Shown piece by piece: positions 50,765 to 61,256 of a DNA stretch of 64,000 nt. Under the pieces are notes generated by a model. That model saw only the letters and a program-made list of their open reading frames with translations, did not search any database and was not told the origin of the DNA. Each line of letters starts with the position of its first letter. Position 1 is the first letter of the stretch. Origin of the DNA: Methanobacteriota archaeon (GTDB lineage: Archaea > Halobacteriota > Bog-38 > Methanoflorentales > Methanoflorentaceae); contig OY970393.1 in NCBI GenBank assembly GCA_963720465.1, positions 1,568,001 to 1,632,000 on the forward strand, in the 5' to 3' direction. The translations under genes and the position numbers were made by a program.

Positions 50765-52069
50765 TCAGAAGAATCCCATATATTTGACGTAGAGCAGGAG
50801 ATCACAAAGTATGAGCGCCGCCACGGTCGGCGGGAGCGCTATTTTTATCCATCGCACCCATCCCATGCGCATCCCGTGCGTCTCCAGTGAGCTGTACGCG
50901 ACAACGTTCGACGAGGCGCCGATGGGCGTGAGATTGCCCCCGATGTTAGCGCCCAGCGATACCGCCCAGACCATCAGGGCCGTGGCGAGAACTGACGGAA
51001 TGAGCGACAGATCTCGGATAACGTAGCTCATCATCACGGCGAAGGGGACGGTGTTGATCAGCCCGCTTATGAAGGCCGATCCGAAAAGCAGCAGCGAGAG
51101 CAGTACGGTGTTGTTCCCCATAGACGCACCTGCTAAGCCGGTTGCAAACACGGCGAGGATTCCGGTCTTTTCAAGTCCGCCGACTAACACAAAGAGACCG
51201 ATAAAGAACAACAGCAGTTCGTAATCGACCTTCTTGAGGGTATCCTCGATACCTCCTCTGCCGACAAGGAGCAAGACAAAGGCGGGAATGAGGGCGGCGA
51301 GCGCGACATCCACCGGGATGCCGAATGTGGCCGCAAGATAACCCCCGCTGACGAGGAGTACCACAGCAGCGATGAGGGCAGCGAGGCCGAGATGGAGCAT
51401 CCGTTTGCTTATAATGGCACTCTCGGGAGCGATTCTCGAGAGCGCACGCGTGTCAACCATCGCGAAAGGCGCCAGCGCCCTCCGCTGCGTAAGATAGAGC
51501 ACCCCTACTGCTAAAAGGGCGGCAGCAAGCGCGATGGGACCGGTATTCCTCAGAAACTCGTTAAAGCCAAACCCCAGCTGGGTCCCGAGTATGAGATTGG
51601 GGGGGCCGCCGATGAGGGTTGATGCGCCCCCGATGTTGGCAACGACAACCTCCGCAACGACAAGGGGCACCGGGTCGATCTTCACTAGCCGCGCAATCTC
51701 GATCGTAATCGCCGCAAGAAAAAGCATGACCGTAATGCTATTGACGAACGAGGCCAGCAGCCCTGCCAAGAGGGGGAACACGATCAGCATGGTGCGAGGG
51801 TTGTAGTTCAGCCTCTTTGCAAGGATGAATGCCACGTATGAGAAGAACCCCGCATCTGAGAGCACCACGACGATGACAAACATCCCAAACAACAGGCCGA
51901 TGGTCTCCCAGTTGACGTAATTAATAGCCTCATTCAGAGTGAGGACGCCCGTGATGAGCAACACCAGGCTCCCTGCGCCTACGACGACCGTCTTGTTGAT
52001 TTTTTCTGTGGCCAACGTTCCATACGTTACTAGAAAGGTCACCAGGGTGATAGCGGCGTATGGTTCCAT
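50765..52069 (-). CDS. ArsB/NhaD (IT superfamily) ion transporter
   Basis: VNWETIGLLFGM, ANIGGASTLIGGPPN, LLFFIGLFVLVGGLE, GANIGGNLTPIGASSN; likely ATG 52069. Confidence 0.92.
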   Translation of the reverse strand: MEPYAAITLVTFLVTYGTLATEKINKTVVVGAGSLVLLITGVLTLNEAINYVNWETIGLLFGMFVIVVVLSDAGFFSYVAFILAKRLNYNPRTMLIVFPLLAGLLASFVNSITVMLFLAAITIEIARLVKIDPVPLVVAEVVVANIGGASTLIGGPPNLILGTQLGFGFNEFLRNTGPIALAAALLAVGVLYLTQRRALAPFAMVDTRALSRIAPESAIISKRMLHLGLAALIAAVVLLVSGGYLAATFGIPVDVALAALIPAFVLLLVGRGGIEDTLKKVDYELLLFFIGLFVLVGGLEKTGILAVFATGLAGASMGNNTVLLSLLLFGSAFISGLINTVPFAVMMSYVIRDLSLIPSVLATALMVWAVSLGANIGGNLTPIGASSNVVAYSSLETHGMRMGWVRWIKIALPPTVAALILCDLLLYVKYMGFF

Positions 52070-52546
52070 GGGAGGTTCTCCAGCACATAGCCACGACGTT
52101 CCGTGCTGCGCGTGCTTTGACACTCATAGGGCGCGAGTCGTAGCACCAACCCACTATTCCAGTTAGATACGATAAATCATTGCGTGCTGCAGGGACGGTT
52201 GTTTGAAAAGCCGCAACCGCTCAGAAGGAGTCGGTAAGACTGGACCTCCCATTAGCCCGCGGCGTGTCAAGCGGATCTGCTAGAGTCACGATGTCCGTGT
52301 TTGCTAACATTGAGAGCAATGAGACAGGTCTCGTGATCGTTGTCCCATTGGAACGCTCTTGACTGTGATGCCTATCGGGCGAAAAAGCGCATTGGCGACT
52401 GACGGACGTTAAATAAGAGGCCACAGGTATATGCCTCAATAGTGCGGTAAAACGACTAGTGCTTGTTGAACCTTCAAGAACTTCTCATCTAACAACCAAG
52501 CACCGCTGTGCGGCAAAGAAAGCTGTTTGGCAGGGGGAGGAACCAA

Positions 52547-54223
52547 ATGCGAACTGATGGTGCTTCTACATCCAGAACGTCTCATCGTGCCGCAAACGTT
52601 GGCGCGTACCTTATTGAGCGACTTCGATTATTAGGCCTCTCACACGTCTTCGGAGTGCCAGGGGATTATGTGCTCGGCTTTTTCAAACAGCTGAGCGACA
52701 GCGAGATCGATCTCATTACGACGTGTGACGAACTTAACGCTGGCTACGCGGCCGATGCGTACGCGCGTATACGGGGAATAGGCGCCGTGTGCGTTACCTA
52801 CTCTGTCGGCGGCCTAAAGGTCGTCAATGCCACGGCGCAGGCATATGCGGAAAAATCTCCATTGGTCGTCATCACAGGAGCTCCCGGAATCAAAGAAAGG
52901 GTAGGGAACCCGCTCCTCCACCATAAAGTGCGGACCTTCAACACGCAAAAGAAGATCTTTGACGAAGTGACCGTTGCGTCTGCGGTTTTAGATGATCCGA
53001 ACACGGCGTGCCAAGAGATTGATCGCGTGTTATCCGAAGCAGTCCGCGTTAAGCGACCGGTATACGTTGAGCTCCCGCGCGATATGACGTTCGCCCACGT
53101 GAAGCCGCCAAATCAGGATTCGGTAACGCGAGCAGACGATACGAGCGATCCTAACGCTTTGCAGGCCGCTCTTGACGACGCGGTGACGATGATCAACGAG
53201 TCTCAGCAACCCGTCGTAATTGCCGATGTCGAGCTGCACCGGTTCGGACTGCAGGACAAGCTTCTCGCCTTAATCGATAAAGTGCAGATACCTGTCGCTG
53301 CGACAATTCTCGGTAAATCCGTTGTCGACGAGTACCATCCCCTGTACATAGGCATCTATGAAGGGGCGATGGGCTTTGAGTCCGTCCGCGACTATGTCGA
53401 ATCAAGTGATTGCCTGATCCTCCTTGGGGCCTTTATGACGGACGTCAATCTAGGGCAGTATACCGCGCATATCGACCAGGAAAAGACAATTTACGTCACG
53501 AGCGAGCAATGTTCGATTCGCTATCGCACCTACGCGCGCGTCCGTCTACACGACTTCCTCGAAGGCCTGCTTACCGCCCCCATGATGCCGCGGACCCCCC
53601 GCGACTTTCCGCACCCGCGGCCTATCGTACCATTCATGACGAAAAAAGGACAGAAGATTACCGTCAAGAGGCTCTTTGAACGGCTTAACTGGGCGCTCAA
53701 GGACAACACCGTAGTCATCGCCGACGTCGGCGATGCGCTTTTCGGCGGGCTTGACCTCATTACCCACCGCAGAACTGAATTCCTGTCGCCAGGGTATTAC
53801 CTCTCGCTCGGGTTTGCGGTGCCGGCGAGTATTGGAGCACAACTCGCGAATCCTAATCTTCGTCCGTTAGTACTCGTCGGCGACGGGGCGTTCCAAATGA
53901 GCGGCATCGAGGTGTCGACCATCGCGCGACTCGGCCTGAATCCAATCATCGTCGTGTTCAATAATTATGGGTATGCGACCGAACGACCAATCCAGGACGG
54001 GCCGTTCAACGACCTGCAGGTGTGGCAGTACAGTCGGTTCCCGGAGATCGTTAGTGGGGGGACTGGGGTGGTTGTCACGACAGAGGATGAGTTTGACCAA
54101 GCGCTCGACGCAGCACAGGCATACACCGAGGGGTTTACGATTATTGAAGTCCAGCTTGATCCGCACGATAGCTCGCCAGCGTTGCAGCGGCTGGCCAAGG
54201 CTCTTGCGAAGAAGATTCGTTGA
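52547..54223 (+). CDS. ThDP-dependent 2-keto-acid decarboxylase (pyruvate/indolepyruvate decarboxylase family)
   Basis: FGVPGDY, ELNAGYAADAYAR, LLHH, GDGAFQMS...NNYGY.TE; GGAGG SD. Confidence 0.93.
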   Translation: MRTDGASTSRTSHRAANVGAYLIERLRLLGLSHVFGVPGDYVLGFFKQLSDSEIDLITTCDELNAGYAADAYARIRGIGAVCVTYSVGGLKVVNATAQAYAEKSPLVVITGAPGIKERVGNPLLHHKVRTFNTQKKIFDEVTVASAVLDDPNTACQEIDRVLSEAVRVKRPVYVELPRDMTFAHVKPPNQDSVTRADDTSDPNALQAALDDAVTMINESQQPVVIADVELHRFGLQDKLLALIDKVQIPVAATILGKSVVDEYHPLYIGIYEGAMGFESVRDYVESSDCLILLGAFMTDVNLGQYTAHIDQEKTIYVTSEQCSIRYRTYARVRLHDFLEGLLTAPMMPRTPRDFPHPRPIVPFMTKKGQKITVKRLFERLNWALKDNTVVIADVGDALFGGLDLITHRRTEFLSPGYYLSLGFAVPASIGAQLANPNLRPLVLVGDGAFQMSGIEVSTIARLGLNPIIVVFNNYGYATERPIQDGPFNDLQVWQYSRFPEIVSGGTGVVVTTEDEFDQALDAAQAYTEGFTIIEVQLDPHDSSPALQRLAKALAKKIR

Positions 54224-54347
54224 CACTCAAGCGTTAGCCAGCAGGCACGGCGCAGCCGTTTCTGGTTGCGTGACAGCTGTATCTTCTTTGAGGAATCAAA
54301 ATGCAGCCGTTGCGTCCTGCCGTGGAAAAACGGTATTGGCCCCTTGC

Positions 54348-55424
54348 TTAGCCCTTACGTCGGTTTTTGTTCTTTCTTCGTCGAATCGTGAGTACGGAGG
54401 CGAGCGAAACAATGAGAATCGCTGCAAGAACCGCGAAGACCGCTCCTGCGTTAGCAAATCCGATGTTTGGGGCATCTGTCGCTCCCACGGCAGTGGCCCC
54501 CTCGCTGCTCGATGAAGCAGCGGTGCCATTACCTGTCGTCGTCGCCGAACGATCGAGCGTTGTGAACTGCACGTGTCCTGTGCCCTGCAAGTAATCGATG
54601 TAATTGGCGAGCAGTGTCACTTTCGAGGTATTGACTGCATAATTGGGCCCCTCAAAATCGGCGGGGTGATACAGCACAACGAAGGTGTTGATGCTATAAG
54701 GATCGTTAAGCCATTGGTTGGTTGCGTTCTCGAGCGACTGAAGGGTATTGTTCCCGAGCTCTATCGAGATCGTATCTAATCTCATGCCATCCAGGTTTCC
54801 CGCGTTCTGGTTGAAATCTCGAAAGGCGGTGCTATATTCCGTGAACCCCAGCGCTTGTGCCGCCTTTAGCGTGTTGTTGTCGCTCTTGTCAAATGGAGGG
54901 AGAAACGAAGTAGGCGTGACCCCGAACGCTTGGGTGATGTCGTCGCGCCCCTGCTTGATTGCGTCGTATTGCGCGGTATAAGACCTCCCATAAAACTCAC
55001 TGGGGCCCGCAGGTGACGGCCCGAGATCCTGGTGCGTATAGCCGTGCTGTGCAAATTGAAAAAGGTGGTTTGAAGTTAGTGATCGCATGTACTCGAGAAA
55101 CGTGTGATTTACTTCAATCAGCTGATTGCCCGAAGGCGTTGGGTATGGATGTGGGATGATGCCCATCACCACCGGCACATTCATGTTAATGTTTACTTGG
55201 TTCACAGCCTGAAGCTCGGCGAAATCGGCGTTAGGCGCGACGTCATCCTCTCTAAATATCACATACTTGTTCGTTTGCGCAGAACCCGTCGCTCCACTGC
55301 CTGCGCCCGTAAAGAGCATCGAAAATAAAAGTATTAAAACGAGCGAGCAGACGAGGACGATTTTCGGTCTGACTCTTGCATTGCGTCTGATTTCGTTTGA
55401 CCCGTCTTGCGGCACTGGACACAC
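54348..55424 (-). CDS. DUF2334/polysaccharide-deacetylase-like surface protein with C-terminal TM anchor
   Basis: FREDDV, GIIP, QHGYTH, SEF.G, FLPP, LYHP; signal peptide; TM + RRRKNKNRRKG. Start uncertain. Confidence 0.85.
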   Translation of the reverse strand: MCPVPQDGSNEIRRNARVRPKIVLVCSLVLILLFSMLFTGAGSGATGSAQTNKYVIFREDDVAPNADFAELQAVNQVNINMNVPVVMGIIPHPYPTPSGNQLIEVNHTFLEYMRSLTSNHLFQFAQHGYTHQDLGPSPAGPSEFYGRSYTAQYDAIKQGRDDITQAFGVTPTSFLPPFDKSDNNTLKAAQALGFTEYSTAFRDFNQNAGNLDGMRLDTISIELGNNTLQSLENATNQWLNDPYSINTFVVLYHPADFEGPNYAVNTSKVTLLANYIDYLQGTGHVQFTTLDRSATTTGNGTAASSSSEGATAVGATDAPNIGFANAGAVFAVLAAILIVSLASVLTIRRRKNKNRRKG

Positions 55425-55696
55425 TCGGAGACGTTGTTAGTAGCCAAAAACTTAGCGCACTCGTGCCTAGTAAAGGTTTGCGTTGAAGATTGACTGTGAT
55501 GGATATGTTTGCTCTTCCCAAAAAAGGCAAGTGCATGAGTTATTAAGACTAGTGATTTAAATAGTGCTCGGCGCGTGTGTTGTCAAGGTACCAATCCGAA
55601 ACGCGTAGAGCAACGGCGCCGTTGGAACATCACTGCGTGAAGCAAAAATGGAACACATGGGCGAGACCGCTTGATTCGCGAAAAAATCTTGGGCGC

Positions 55697-56212
55697 TCAC
55701 AGTATTGCGCCGATTAAGGCGCCGATAAGTCCTCCAATCAATATTCCGGCTAGCGGCGCGAGAAGAGCTCCGAAGACTACGCCAACCGCGAGTCCAAGAA
55801 CCGCTCCGATGACGGCTCCCGCCAGCGCTCCAACCCCTCCAAAGATTTGCTGGCCGATGAATGCGCCTAGTGCTCCACCGACGATTATGCCAAGCAGCAA
55901 GCCGATAGCCGCAGTCAATATGCCACCGAGCGGAATGCCTATGACGACACCGAGCAGAACCCCGACGAATGAACCAATCAGCCCGCCAATCAAGCCGTTG
56001 ATAACTGCGCCACGATGGCTGCCAGCCCAGGCGCCGACTAATGCGCCGACGATAACGCCGATCGTGATCCCCGACCATATGTTGGTAAGGACGCTTACGA
56101 CTACGCCGAGTGCCCCACCTGCAAAGCCACCGACAACGCCGGGGTTTACGAGGCCGGCTCCATCATTGCGCGCGGCTGCCAAGAGTGTAATGAAACTTCT
56201 ATACGAGGACAC
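55697..56212 (-). CDS. Glycine-zipper (GxxxG-rich) membrane protein
   Basis: About 150 aa of nearly continuous G/A/V/I/L with Gly about every fourth residue; TTTAAA TATA-like box upstream. Confidence 0.75.
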   Translation of the reverse strand: MSSYRSFITLLAAARNDGAGLVNPGVVGGFAGGALGVVVSVLTNIWSGITIGVIVGALVGAWAGSHRGAVINGLIGGLIGSFVGVLLGVVIGIPLGGILTAAIGLLLGIIVGGALGAFIGQQIFGGVGALAGAVIGAVLGLAVGVVFGALLAPLAGILIGGLIGALIGAIL

Positions 56213-56832
56213 AGTAGTTAAGTAGCGGGCCTCTGTTTAAAGTTTATGGCGCAACCGAAATCGCTGAAAAATGGGGTTGCTAGACGGTGGCGATCCAGCG
56301 AATGTCATAGCGTTCAGCGACCTCCGCTTGGGTTCTCAGAAGAAGTGTCTCTTCGTACTTTTTCGTATTGAGGACGCGGTTTTTTGTGGAATTGTTAGTT
56401 TTGTACCACGCTTTGACTAAAAGCTCCGTGAGCACACTATAAAACAAAGAAATTGTGCCGACGAGCACGCCTTTTATCGGATTGCGATCGTGTGAGCAAT
56501 ATTGATCCTTGTTGCGCAATGTTCATAAAGAAAGGTCTACCTTGTTATAAAGGGCTTATGCGCACGACTTGGGGGGGTGCTCACACAGGCGGAATGAAGT
56601 CGCACACTCTAGTAGTCCCTACAATTTTGTTAGGGCTGATAGGAAGCGTATTCGAGCTTATCACCGGTGTGCCGGTTATGGCGCGAGGCGCCGTTCGCGG
56701 CGTGAATATAGAAGAAATTGCCTGCAGCCTCCTCTCGCATATCGATGACGTCAGCGGGCAGAAGGAAAGGTATATTTTGCGGTTTTTCGATCACACGGGC
56801 ACGATCCCCGCGCAAAAAATCAGGTAAGACCT

Positions 56833-57174
56833 ATGCGGTACATTAGAATCACCGGCGCAAAATCTTTCATGGAGCTCACGCACGCCAACGTGGCAGAGTG
56901 GCAACTGTACGGCACGACGTTTCTCGAGTGGAAAGAGGAAACAGGAAAGGACTACGATAGCTGGGTAAGCGAGCGAGTTACCCCGACGTTAGACTTGTTT
57001 GACTATCTCGCTTGGTACGAAGATGGATCACTACAAGGGTATGAAGGCGGATATAGCGTCATACTCGACCCGGGCTTCGGACTATGGACGAACGAGATAC
57101 TCGCCCGAGCTAAGCGACTGGGGTTACGCGTGGAGGACACGCAAGATACCGACTCTGGGTGTTGGATTGGGTAG
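56833..57174 (+). CDS. Hypothetical protein (113 aa, acidic, Trp/Tyr rich)
   Basis: AGGT SD-like site before the ATG; protein-like composition; no motif recognised. Confidence 0.6.
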   Translation: MRYIRITGAKSFMELTHANVAEWQLYGTTFLEWKEETGKDYDSWVSERVTPTLDLFDYLAWYEDGSLQGYEGGYSVILDPGFGLWTNEILARAKRLGLRVEDTQDTDSGCWIG

Positions 57175-57315
57175 TTTAGTCAGCAACTGAGTAGGCGGCG
57201 TTGATAAACTGGCTATTCTGCCGTGCGCGAGGTTTTTGAGCGAACGTGGTAGATCGCCCATTTTCAGTGAAGATGCCCGCAGAAAGCGGATTAAGCAAAC
57301 CGTGTCAGTGGGCCT

Positions 57316-57582
57316 CTAAGTCTCTTCTTCAACGCTCGGAAACTGAAACTGCAACCCCTTAAATCCCTTTTCGTCAACAAATCGCGCGTCAAGCATGTGT
57401 CGCGTGGACCTGCCCATCGAATCCGTTGCGACGCCGAAAAGGGCACCATCGCTACGGATGACGAACGTGGAATATTTCGCAAGAAGTTCCTTTATAGTCG
57501 CGGCACGGCCCTCGTCGCGTGCCTGCCACTTTGAAAAGGTCGATCGTTGCAGTAATTTGAACTGCCGAGACGTTAGTGTCAT
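57316..57582 (-). CDS. Hypothetical protein (88 aa)
   Basis: ATG start and plausible composition; no motif recognised. Confidence 0.5.
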   Translation of the reverse strand: MTLTSRQFKLLQRSTFSKWQARDEGRAATIKELLAKYSTFVIRSDGALFGVATDSMGRSTRHMLDARFVDEKGFKGLQFQFPSVEEET

Positions 57583-57771
57583 AACGCGGATCTTAATTAG
57601 TGAATACCCCCTGCTGGCTCGTGGTCGTACCTACGTGCATGAACCCCAAGCGTTTTAACAATATCTCACCCGATTTGCGGGCTGGTGTGCCAAAGCAACT
57701 GATGAGCTCCATTGCGACGTGGTCAGGGCCCGACGTCACAAGCAGCGCGATTTATGCTTGCGCGAGCGTAA

Positions 57772-58058
57772 GTGATGCTATGGGGCAAAATAGAAACGTT
57801 GTACCCGGAAGGAAAGCATGGGCGGAGCATTGACAAAACAAAATATGAAACGACCCGCGAAGCCGTGCTCGCCTGTTTGGACAGCGGTGAATTAACTCAC
57901 GCTCAACTGAATGCATGCGTTGAGCAAAAAGTCAGTGCTATGCTCCAAGGTTCAATTGCTTGGTACATTGAAACGGTGAAACTCGACTCGAAGCGCAAAA
58001 ATGGATAGGGCGCGTGCACGGCGCGAAGCACACCGCGTATCACATCGTGAAAAACTGA
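57772..58058 (+). pseudogene. DUF6958-like protein with a 1-nt deletion near 57987
   Basis: KIETLYPEGK.G.SI...KY...GSIAWYIETVKLD; adding one base gives the family-like ending LEAQKWIGRV...KN*. Confidence 0.65.
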
Positions 58059-58144
58059 TATGACGCCTTTTGCTTGCAAGCGCGATACCTTACTGAAGCA
58101 GCTTTGAGCGCTGTCAAAAGCATATTTACCATTGGCCGGGGCAC

Positions 58145-58447
58145 TCATTGAACCGCTTGCTTTACCAACGCAAGCAGCTCTTCTCGCGTTCGCACGCGCT
58201 CGCGTGTCTTCGTCTTCCCGCTTTTGATGACGTTCGCAAAAATCTCAGGTAGGTCGCCTTCCTTAACGCCTGTGAGTCCCTCAATAATTCCGCTGAAGAC
58301 GTCACGCGTTCGTCTCTCTTCTAAGGTTATATGTCCGAAATTGCGAAACCACATCTCTATGCGTGTATCTTCCGATACGATCGTAATTTTACGTATCTGC
58401 TTTTCCCACCAGAGGTGGATCATGATGTCATACTTCTTCTGAGCCAT
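58145..58447 (-). CDS. Hypothetical protein (100 aa)
   Basis: GGAG SD before the ATG; protein-like composition. Confidence 0.65.
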   Translation of the reverse strand: MAQKKYDIMIHLWWEKQIRKITIVSEDTRIEMWFRNFGHITLEERRTRDVFSGIIEGLTGVKEGDLPEIFANVIKSGKTKTRERVRTREELLALVKQAVQ

Positions 58448-58610
58448 GAATCGTCTCCTGCGGCGTGCGCGCGGCTTGACGCCTACCAGTTGAACCCCCT
58501 CGTTTTTATGATTTCGGGAATCTTTAGGCGCTCTATGACGGTGAAAAAAAGAAAAGCAAGTGTGCGGCTGCGGACTCGCAAAAAAAGAAAGAAGTGGTGT
58601 TTGTGCGCAC

Positions 58611-58862
58611 CTACTTCACTTCCGCTTTGGCTTCTTCGCCCGCCGCTTTCGAGGCGGCACGAGCGATCCATACCGTTGCAATCACTGCTACAATGGTTAT
58701 GATAATTGCGTATGAGAGGTTCGCTGGAATGCTGTTGGGAGTTCCCAAATAATAGATGAAAATAGATTGTATCGCTTGGTTCCACGCAAGGCCTGCGACG
58801 AACGCGAAAGCGGTCGTGACGAGGGCAGCGGTCACCTTTAGATACTCTGCTCGACTCACCAA
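58611..58862 (-). CDS. DUF5654-like two-TM protein
   Basis: TTAFAFVAGLAWNQAIQ, YAIIITIVAV; GGAGGTGA SD before TTG 58862; T-tracts downstream. Confidence 0.85.
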   Translation of the reverse strand: MVSRAEYLKVTAALVTTAFAFVAGLAWNQAIQSIFIYYLGTPNSIPANLSYAIIITIVAVIATVWIARAASKAAGEEAKAEVK

Positions 58863-58998
58863 GTGTTTCACCTCCGGTAAGCTAGTTACAGGGTGAACTA
58901 GGGGTTGCATACAATAAGACTTTCCATTTGCTGCGTTCGGCTATTAAATGCCAGCGTTTATTTCATTGCAGAAAAGCGCGAGCTATAGCTTATTTTGA

Positions 58999-59499
58999 CT
59001 AGACGCGGTACGCAATCAGGAGAACGATGAGCAGCAATGGCAAGAGGATATCGCTGACATACAGAATCGGCCCTGCATTTCCAGGCGCGTAGTTGTGACT
59101 GAGCCGGATGTCGCGTATGTGGCCGTACGCCGCCCCGATGCCAAACACCGCAAACGCGATTACCGTCGCGCTCCAGAAGTCACCGCGCACCCAATAGCAG
59201 AGCACCCCTAAGACCCCTACGGCGAGGTTGTGCGGGGCCACCTCAAATTGAAACGGGCTTCCAGTGGGCCATCCAATACTTCGTGCAACGTCGTCAGCAA
59301 CAAACGCGTGTCTGGTGAAAGCCCACAGCGAACCGATTCCCACTATAATGACAAGGATGACAAGGAACCAAAGGAGAAACGACTCAACGATTTCGCCACC
59401 GAATAGCGCGATGTTGAGAACGGCGGCAACGATCGCCGTGGCGAATAGCACGTAGGGCCAGTATTCTGCCGCACGGTTAGGCATGGACTCTCTCGCCAC
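58999..59499 (-). CDS. DUF6790-like membrane protein
   Basis: ARSIGWPTGSPFQFEVA..NL, YGHIRD...NYAPGNAG. Confidence 0.8.
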   Translation of the reverse strand: MARESMPNRAAEYWPYVLFATAIVAAVLNIALFGGEIVESFLLWFLVILVIIVGIGSLWAFTRHAFVADDVARSIGWPTGSPFQFEVAPHNLAVGVLGVLCYWVRGDFWSATVIAFAVFGIGAAYGHIRDIRLSHNYAPGNAGPILYVSDILLPLLLIVLLIAYRV

Positions 59500-59762
59500 A
59501 TCGTTTCGGTGCCACCTCTCTCGTCGTGTGCGCCTTTAAAGCTGCTGTTTTGTTGCGTTACCAGTTTAGAACCGTCACGCGAACTTAACGTACCTTCGCA
59601 TTTTCGGCGTGATCGTAAAACGGAAAGGCTGGTCGCAACACCAACGCAGGAGCTACCTGAAGGGGGGAAGAGTTTTTATTTGCAGCAGCCCTTCCGTGGA
59701 GCAGTGATATCACTCTCGTCAACTTAGGGCGTTAACCGTAGTGGAGGACCGCCGACGAAGGC

Positions 59763-60626
59763 ATGACAATTACTCTTACGACGCTTTGTGAGAATACGGC
59801 GGCGCGCGTCGGCATGCGCGCCGAATGGGGTTTAAGCATCCTAGTCGAAACTGACGAAGTTGCGATATTGCTCGACGCGGGTCATAGCACCGTGGCGACC
59901 TTCAACGCAGCGGTCTTGGGTGTAGACTTATCTGCGCTTCACACGATCGTGCTCAGCCATGGGCACCGCGATCACACGGGCGGTTTGTGGTCGGTGCTCA
60001 GCGCGATACAAAAAGACCCCGCACTTCGCGAAGAGGCGCGTGCAGTCAACGTTGTGGCGCACCCAGACATCTGGGTGCCAAAGTACTCAGGACCCGTTCA
60101 TAAGAATATCTATGCGGGGATGCCACACGTACGAGAGGCGTTAGAGAGCCTTGGCGCCGCGTTTGTAAGCACGAGCGAGCCGGCGCGAATAACTGATCGG
60201 ATACTTACAACAGGCGAAATCCCGCTGGACACGGCCTATGAAAGAGTCGATCCAGAGTTATACGTTCGTGATGAAGGAGGCGTCCGGCCTGACCCGATGG
60301 CAGACGACCTTGCGCTCATCATCACGACCGATCTGGGTCTTGTGGTCGTATTGGGCTGTGCACATCGCGGTATTGTCAACACGTTGCTCCAGGCACAGAG
60401 TGTGGCGAATGAGGATCGTATTCATATGGTCATCGGAGGGACGCACTTGATGAAGGCGTCGAAAGAACAGCTTAAAGCGACGGTCAAAGGGCTAAAAGCT
60501 CTTGACGTTGCGCGAATCGGCGTCTCTCACTGTACCGGCTTGCCTGCCGCCTTGAGACTCTCCGAAGCGTTTGGAGAGCAATTCTTCTTCAATAATGCAG
60601 GCACGCGTATCACGATTGAGGACTAG
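59763..60626 (+). CDS. MBL-fold metallohydrolase (MJ0301-like family)
   Basis: EWGLS, LLDAG, LSHGHRDHTGGL, AHPD, DD.AL, GCAHRG, GGTHL, SHCTG. Confidence 0.92.
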   Translation: MTITLTTLCENTAARVGMRAEWGLSILVETDEVAILLDAGHSTVATFNAAVLGVDLSALHTIVLSHGHRDHTGGLWSVLSAIQKDPALREEARAVNVVAHPDIWVPKYSGPVHKNIYAGMPHVREALESLGAAFVSTSEPARITDRILTTGEIPLDTAYERVDPELYVRDEGGVRPDPMADDLALIITTDLGLVVVLGCAHRGIVNTLLQAQSVANEDRIHMVIGGTHLMKASKEQLKATVKGLKALDVARIGVSHCTGLPAALRLSEAFGEQFFFNNAGTRITIED

Positions 60627-60799
60627 CGCGTGAAAAAAGTGCATCTCAAGCAGCGGCATTCGCTGGCAGACTAATAAGGTACGCCCGCACAGGACCAACA
60701 AGCGCGAATAACGGAAGCTTCGTGAAATAGCGAATTATAATGCGTTTTCCGCGCAAAAAAGGTTTAAGAGAGCGGGCCATAGTCGGTGTGGTGACTAGT

Positions 60800-61225
60800 A
60801 TGGTCGACAACAAGAAAGTTATTAATGAACTTAACGCAGCGCTGAGCATGGAAATCGCCGCGATTGTGCAATACTCGCACAACTCGTACACGATTATGGG
60901 TCCCTGGCGCGGAGCCCTCACTGGAGAACTAGAGAGCTTCGCAAAGGATGAGATGCGCCACATGGAATACGTTTCGGAAAAGATCGTTGCTCTCGGAGGC
61001 GTGCCCGTGTCGCAGCCTGCTGCCATCAACACGCCCGCAACGTGGCGCGCTATGCTTGAGGCAGATCTCGCAGCTGAAAACGCAGCGATCGACCGCTACA
61101 AAACCATTATCGCACTGGCAGACGAATTAGGGGACGTAGACCTGAAGAAGTCAATCGAGGATATCACAAGCCAGGAATACGGACACAAAGAGGCTCTCGA
61201 GAAGTTCCTAAAGGAGCCGAAGTAA
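60800..61225 (+). CDS. Ferritin-like/bacterioferritin protein
   Basis: E..AIVQY, DEMRH, LGGVP, DL.AE..AI.RY, EYGH diiron motifs. Confidence 0.92.
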   Translation: MVDNKKVINELNAALSMEIAAIVQYSHNSYTIMGPWRGALTGELESFAKDEMRHMEYVSEKIVALGGVPVSQPAAINTPATWRAMLEADLAAENAAIDRYKTIIALADELGDVDLKKSIEDITSQEYGHKEALEKFLKEPK

Positions 61226-61256
61226 GGGGGTAGTTTCCCCCCACACCTTTTTTTTG
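61226..61256 (+). terminator. Hairpin plus T-tract terminator after the ferritin-like gene
   Basis: GGGGG-tagttt-CCCCC followed by a T-run. Confidence 0.65.

Noticed and set aside
55557-56225. Pro/Thr-rich 184-aa and Arg/Trp-rich 173-aa ORFs
   Set aside because: Antisense and alternative-frame shadows of the glycine-zipper gene.
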